Of a stretch of 64,000 bases of DNA, positions 60,756 to 64,000 are shown piece after piece; the stretch's first letter is position 1; every line of letters starts with the position of its first letter. The notes beneath the pieces were generated by a model. It saw nothing but the letters and a program-made list of their open reading frames with translations. It had not been told where the DNA came from and did no database searches. A program made the translations under genes and the position numbers. This DNA is from Nitrospirales bacterium (lineage in GTDB: Bacteria; Nitrospirota; Nitrospiria; Nitrospirales; UBA8639), in NCBI GenBank assembly GCA_965223295.1, contig CBDCWC010000003.1, positions 64,001-128,000 on the forward strand, in the 5' to 3' direction.

Positions 60756-62432
60756 TCACTTGCGTTGAATAACTTCAGGAGTCTGTTCCAGGAAAAAGAC
60801 ACATTTTTCGACATATACCTTGACCTGTGGGTCCGTAGTCACAATGACCAAGGTCCAAGGACAATCTTTCGAGCTAAGATGAAACAAGAGGGGTTCCCTG
60901 ATATGACTTGGAACTTCATGCATCCCGCCATCTAAAATTAAGAGTGGAGGACGAGTAATAATGGCTCTTGCCAACAGTATTCGTAATCGTTGGCTGGGGG
61001 TAAAATCCCTTCCCCGTTCCGTGACCATCGTCTCTAACCCATCGGGCATGGCTTCAAGCTCCTGATCCAATTGGGTCAGTTTTAAGGCCCACATCACATC
61101 CTGTGACTCAAGGCCCGGTCGACCGACAATAATATTGTCAGCCACGGATCGTTCAAACAAGGTTAAATCTCGACCAAACACAATACCTCGTTGTGCATTA
61201 AGTTGATCTCTGGATAAAGTTTTCAGATCAAGACCGTTGTAGCGAACAACCCCAGTAGGAGGCCGATGAAATCCAGCTAACACTAAAGACACCCGATGAC
61301 GTACAGATTCCGTTGAACACACAAGCGCCACTTTCTCTCCCGGCAATGCTTCAAAATTTGCTGTGGGCTCATGCAATGTCGACTCACTGGCCCAATTCAT
61401 ATGACTACATGTCAGATGTAGTCCAGTGGAGTCGGAGGGAGGAATAGAAAAGTCTGTCTCTTGGGGAATGGCGTCTTTAGGAAGAGAAAACAGATGATCG
61501 AGTTCCGTTAAGGCTGTAAAAAAATAATACATCACATACGTTCGCTTCACGACTGAATCAAGCTTCAAAAGCAAACTTGCGACAATGACTTCAGCGGCAA
61601 CTAGTTGCCCCAAAGTCAACTCCCCTTGACTCAGCAACCATCCAGCCGTCCCCAACAAACCGGTGTGCAAAACCACTTGAATTAAAAGAGAGCCAATATA
61701 TTGGCGAAGTAACACCCGGAACCGGGATTGACGCGCATGGACATAGTGGGTGGCTAATGTATCAGCATTGTCAACAATAAATTCCGAACTGCTGGTAGCT
61801 TTAAATTGCAAAAGGTTATCGGCCACTTCTTGAAGCCAATGAAACACCTCGTATTTCGCCTCAGACATATGGAGTGTTGTTCGAAGCCCACCCTTACCTA
61901 AGATGGCAATAAGCAGCATTGACCCGACAAGAACCAGATCAAAGATGACGAAATAGGGATGATAGAGCGCCAAAAGGGTCATGCCTATCAGTCCGCCGAT
62001 CACCACATTCGTAAAGTCTACGACGAGACTCGACAAGGCTCGCTGCAGAAAGACCGTTTCAAAAAATCGACTGATTGAATCAGACGGAAACGTGGCCTCG
62101 TTAAAACGAGGTAAGACTCGCGCAACAGCAAGAGTGACGCGAACAAAGATTCGCCGTTCGAGAATATCCGTCGCATAAAATTGTAAGACTCGAAAGATCC
62201 CGACGATCAATAGAATCCCTGCCATAATACCCACAATGGTGACGACCATCAGTGGAGAGACGGAGAAAGCAAACGTGTTGACCAGTTCCTGAACAGTCAG
62301 GGGAATGATAAGGGAGAACAAGGCTACCGCGACAGCATATGTAAGAATAGTTAAAAGAAGAGAGCGCTCTTGCTTTAGGAAGAGGCCCAATCGGTCAAGT
62401 GTTTCCCTCAAAAGTGGAAGACGTTGGCTCAT
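60756..62432 (-). CDS. Type I secretion-type ABC transporter with degenerate nucleotide-binding domain
   Basis: ABC TM domain (GELTLGQLVAAE); NBD-like region with LARAIITRPPLLILD but no Walker A. Confidence 0.85.
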   Translation of the reverse strand: MSQRLPLLRETLDRLGLFLKQERSLLLTILTYAVAVALFSLIIPLTVQELVNTFAFSVSPLMVVTIVGIMAGILLIVGIFRVLQFYATDILERRIFVRVTLAVARVLPRFNEATFPSDSISRFFETVFLQRALSSLVVDFTNVVIGGLIGMTLLALYHPYFVIFDLVLVGSMLLIAILGKGGLRTTLHMSEAKYEVFHWLQEVADNLLQFKATSSSEFIVDNADTLATHYVHARQSRFRVLLRQYIGSLLIQVVLHTGLLGTAGWLLSQGELTLGQLVAAEVIVASLLLKLDSVVKRTYVMYYFFTALTELDHLFSLPKDAIPQETDFSIPPSDSTGLHLTCSHMNWASESTLHEPTANFEALPGEKVALVCSTESVRHRVSLVLAGFHRPPTGVVRYNGLDLKTLSRDQLNAQRGIVFGRDLTLFERSVADNIIVGRPGLESQDVMWALKLTQLDQELEAMPDGLETMVTERGRDFTPSQRLRILLARAIITRPPLLILDGGMHEVPSHIREPLLFHLSSKDCPWTLVIVTTDPQVKVYVEKCVFFLEQTPEVIQRK

Positions 62433-63910
62433 GACTCTCCTGAGGCTTGTTCGCTTTCTCGTGACAATCCTTTAAAGGCAGATCCATTCACCCATGCACC
62501 GATGGCCCATTGATACAGTGCGAGAGCTTTCTGGTAGTCCGCAAGAGCCGTCAACCATCCCTCCGCAGCCTGAAGGACATTCCGTTCACGAAGATTGACA
62601 AACAGTAAACTCGTTGCACCCATTTTAAACCGAGTCCGTTCGCCTTTTTCCAATGCTTTTGCTAATTGAAAGGCTTCCTCGGAGACCTGAATTCGTTCCT
62701 GAGCTCGGGTAATGGCTGATTCAGCATTGGCCACATCCATGGTGACCTGTTGAAGGCGATAGTCTTGCAGAAGCTTCAGGCGTTGAGCTTTCCCCTCCAT
62801 CTGCAGTCGATCTCCACGCGCCTCACGCTGCAAAAAAGGAATGCTAAATAGAACACCAAACCGATAGCCAAGACCCAACACAAATTCCCCTGGTTTCCTC
62901 GTTGGCTGTGCTTCCGCGGTCAAGTTGGGAAGGAAATTGTTTTCAGCAACCTCCAAATCGATATGATTAAATTCCGCCTCCAACTTCACGAGTTGCACTT
63001 CTGGACGGATAGACAAGGCACGCTCCTTTTCTTGTTCGCCAGAACGCAACATATCGTCCAGATCGACAGAGGGAAAGGGCGGTGCGACGACTTGCTCAGG
63101 GACGATCAAATCAGTCCCTTCCCATAAAAATAAAGCAAGCTTATATTGCTCTTGCTCAACCAGTCGTTCAGCTTTAATCACGCCATCGCGGCGTCGCTGG
63201 ACCTCTTGATTTGCCTCAACGACGTCAAATTGCGCTCGCGCTCCCTCTTTGGCCTGCTTCGTCAATTGGCCAACGCGTGCCTCGGCAACGGAAACAGCTT
63301 TTTTTTGAATATCCATAAATTTCCACGCTGCTACCCAATTCCAATATTGAGTTGCCGCTCCCAGATACAGATCTTGGCGCGTCTGTTGGATCTCCAATTC
63401 GGCTTGCCTATCAGCTAATGAAGACTTTTGTAATTCAGCATGATCAGGGTTCGTGATAAATCCTCGAAGGAGTGGCAGAGCAATACCGAGCAATGGCTGA
63501 TTGGTCGTGTTAATCGCAAGATCAGCCACTTCAACATCTCCGATTCCAGCCCGATATCCTGCAAACCCTTTGACACCCCAAGGATGACGCATCTCCACAA
63601 AGGTGTCATTGAACCCCACGCTGGTCGTTTTGCCATCTTTCACCAGACGTTCCAACTCCCAATCATTGACCAGCTTTGGTTCGAACTTGCCCAGGGCTGA
63701 TAGCAATTTCCCGCGTGCCACTACCTTTTGGGTTTGACTGCCTTGAAGAAGAGGGTGACCTTGTTCTACCCGCTTCAACACGGCCTGAAGTGTCAACACA
63801 GAAGTTTGAGGGGTTGAGGTAGATGGGCTGACAACGTCATCGGCCCATAAAGGAGTCACGATTAAAGCTGCCAGACTCACAACACATGCTATCGTGGAAA
63901 CTCTCTTCAT
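62429..63910 (-). CDS. TolC-family outer membrane efflux protein
   Basis: Signal peptide, HPLL start, E..RFKMGATSLLFVNLRE, amphipathic helices; AGGAGG RBS. Confidence 0.9.
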   Translation of the reverse strand: MKRVSTIACVVSLAALIVTPLWADDVVSPSTSTPQTSVLTLQAVLKRVEQGHPLLQGSQTQKVVARGKLLSALGKFEPKLVNDWELERLVKDGKTTSVGFNDTFVEMRHPWGVKGFAGYRAGIGDVEVADLAINTTNQPLLGIALPLLRGFITNPDHAELQKSSLADRQAELEIQQTRQDLYLGAATQYWNWVAAWKFMDIQKKAVSVAEARVGQLTKQAKEGARAQFDVVEANQEVQRRRDGVIKAERLVEQEQYKLALFLWEGTDLIVPEQVVAPPFPSVDLDDMLRSGEQEKERALSIRPEVQLVKLEAEFNHIDLEVAENNFLPNLTAEAQPTRKPGEFVLGLGYRFGVLFSIPFLQREARGDRLQMEGKAQRLKLLQDYRLQQVTMDVANAESAITRAQERIQVSEEAFQLAKALEKGERTRFKMGATSLLFVNLRERNVLQAAEGWLTALADYQKALALYQWAIGAWVNGSAFKGLSRESEQASGES

Positions 63911-63965
63911 ATTTACCTCCTCAGATATTCTGATAAACCAAATGAACGGCTTGATATCTCGCTCG

Positions 63966-64000
63966 CTATTTCCCCGGCCTTCCCGCCTTGGGCAATAACA
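63966..64000 (-). CDS. Probable C-terminus of the upstream gene (possibly HlyD-like adaptor)
   Basis: LLPKAGRPGK* read on the minus strand. Identity inferred only from operon context. Confidence 0.3.
   Translation of the reverse strand, partial: LLPKAGRPGK

Noticed and set aside
1-64000. tRNA or rRNA genes
   Set aside because: No cloverleaf with a T-loop or rRNA-like segment noticed; tRNAscan-SE would be decisive.

Overview
Bacterial chromosomal window of moderate GC. Gene content and intergenic repeats suggest a Nitrospirota (Nitrospirales-like) genome, which is an inference. The core backbone is tsaC-purD-purH, a complete 13-gene nuoA-N complex I operon with fused nuoCD preceded by a MidA/NDUFAF7-type methyltransferase, secA and gdhA. 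There are four accessory blocks. (1) 6.7-9.0 kb: a HEAT-repeat gene and a HepT/MntA pair. (2) 31.4-44.4 kb: an envelope/metal module with two TonB-C proteins, two paralogous TPR proteins, exbBD, two His-rich CxxxC...RAPP small proteins around a Xis-type HTH gene, a Met-type cytochrome P460/c'-beta, a PEP-CTERM protein, a YcnI-like protein, a TonB-dependent receptor and a duplicated two-hairpin CCUCCU RNA-like element. (3) 44.9-51.6 kb: a decaying island with a high-GC Asp-box propeller cassette, a HigBA-like TA pair and a frameshifted tyrosine integrase. (4) 54.5-64 kb: an eroding general-stress cluster (DUF1328, two CsbD, MgtC, an MscS remnant), a sigma4/zinc-finger plus membrane-protein pair and part of a type I secretion operon. 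A MITE family with 5-bp target duplications and nested internal insertions occurs seven times. The best candidate for an undescribed system is the TonB / double RAPP-arrest-peptide / HTH module. All calls come from reading sequence motifs; no database searches were run.
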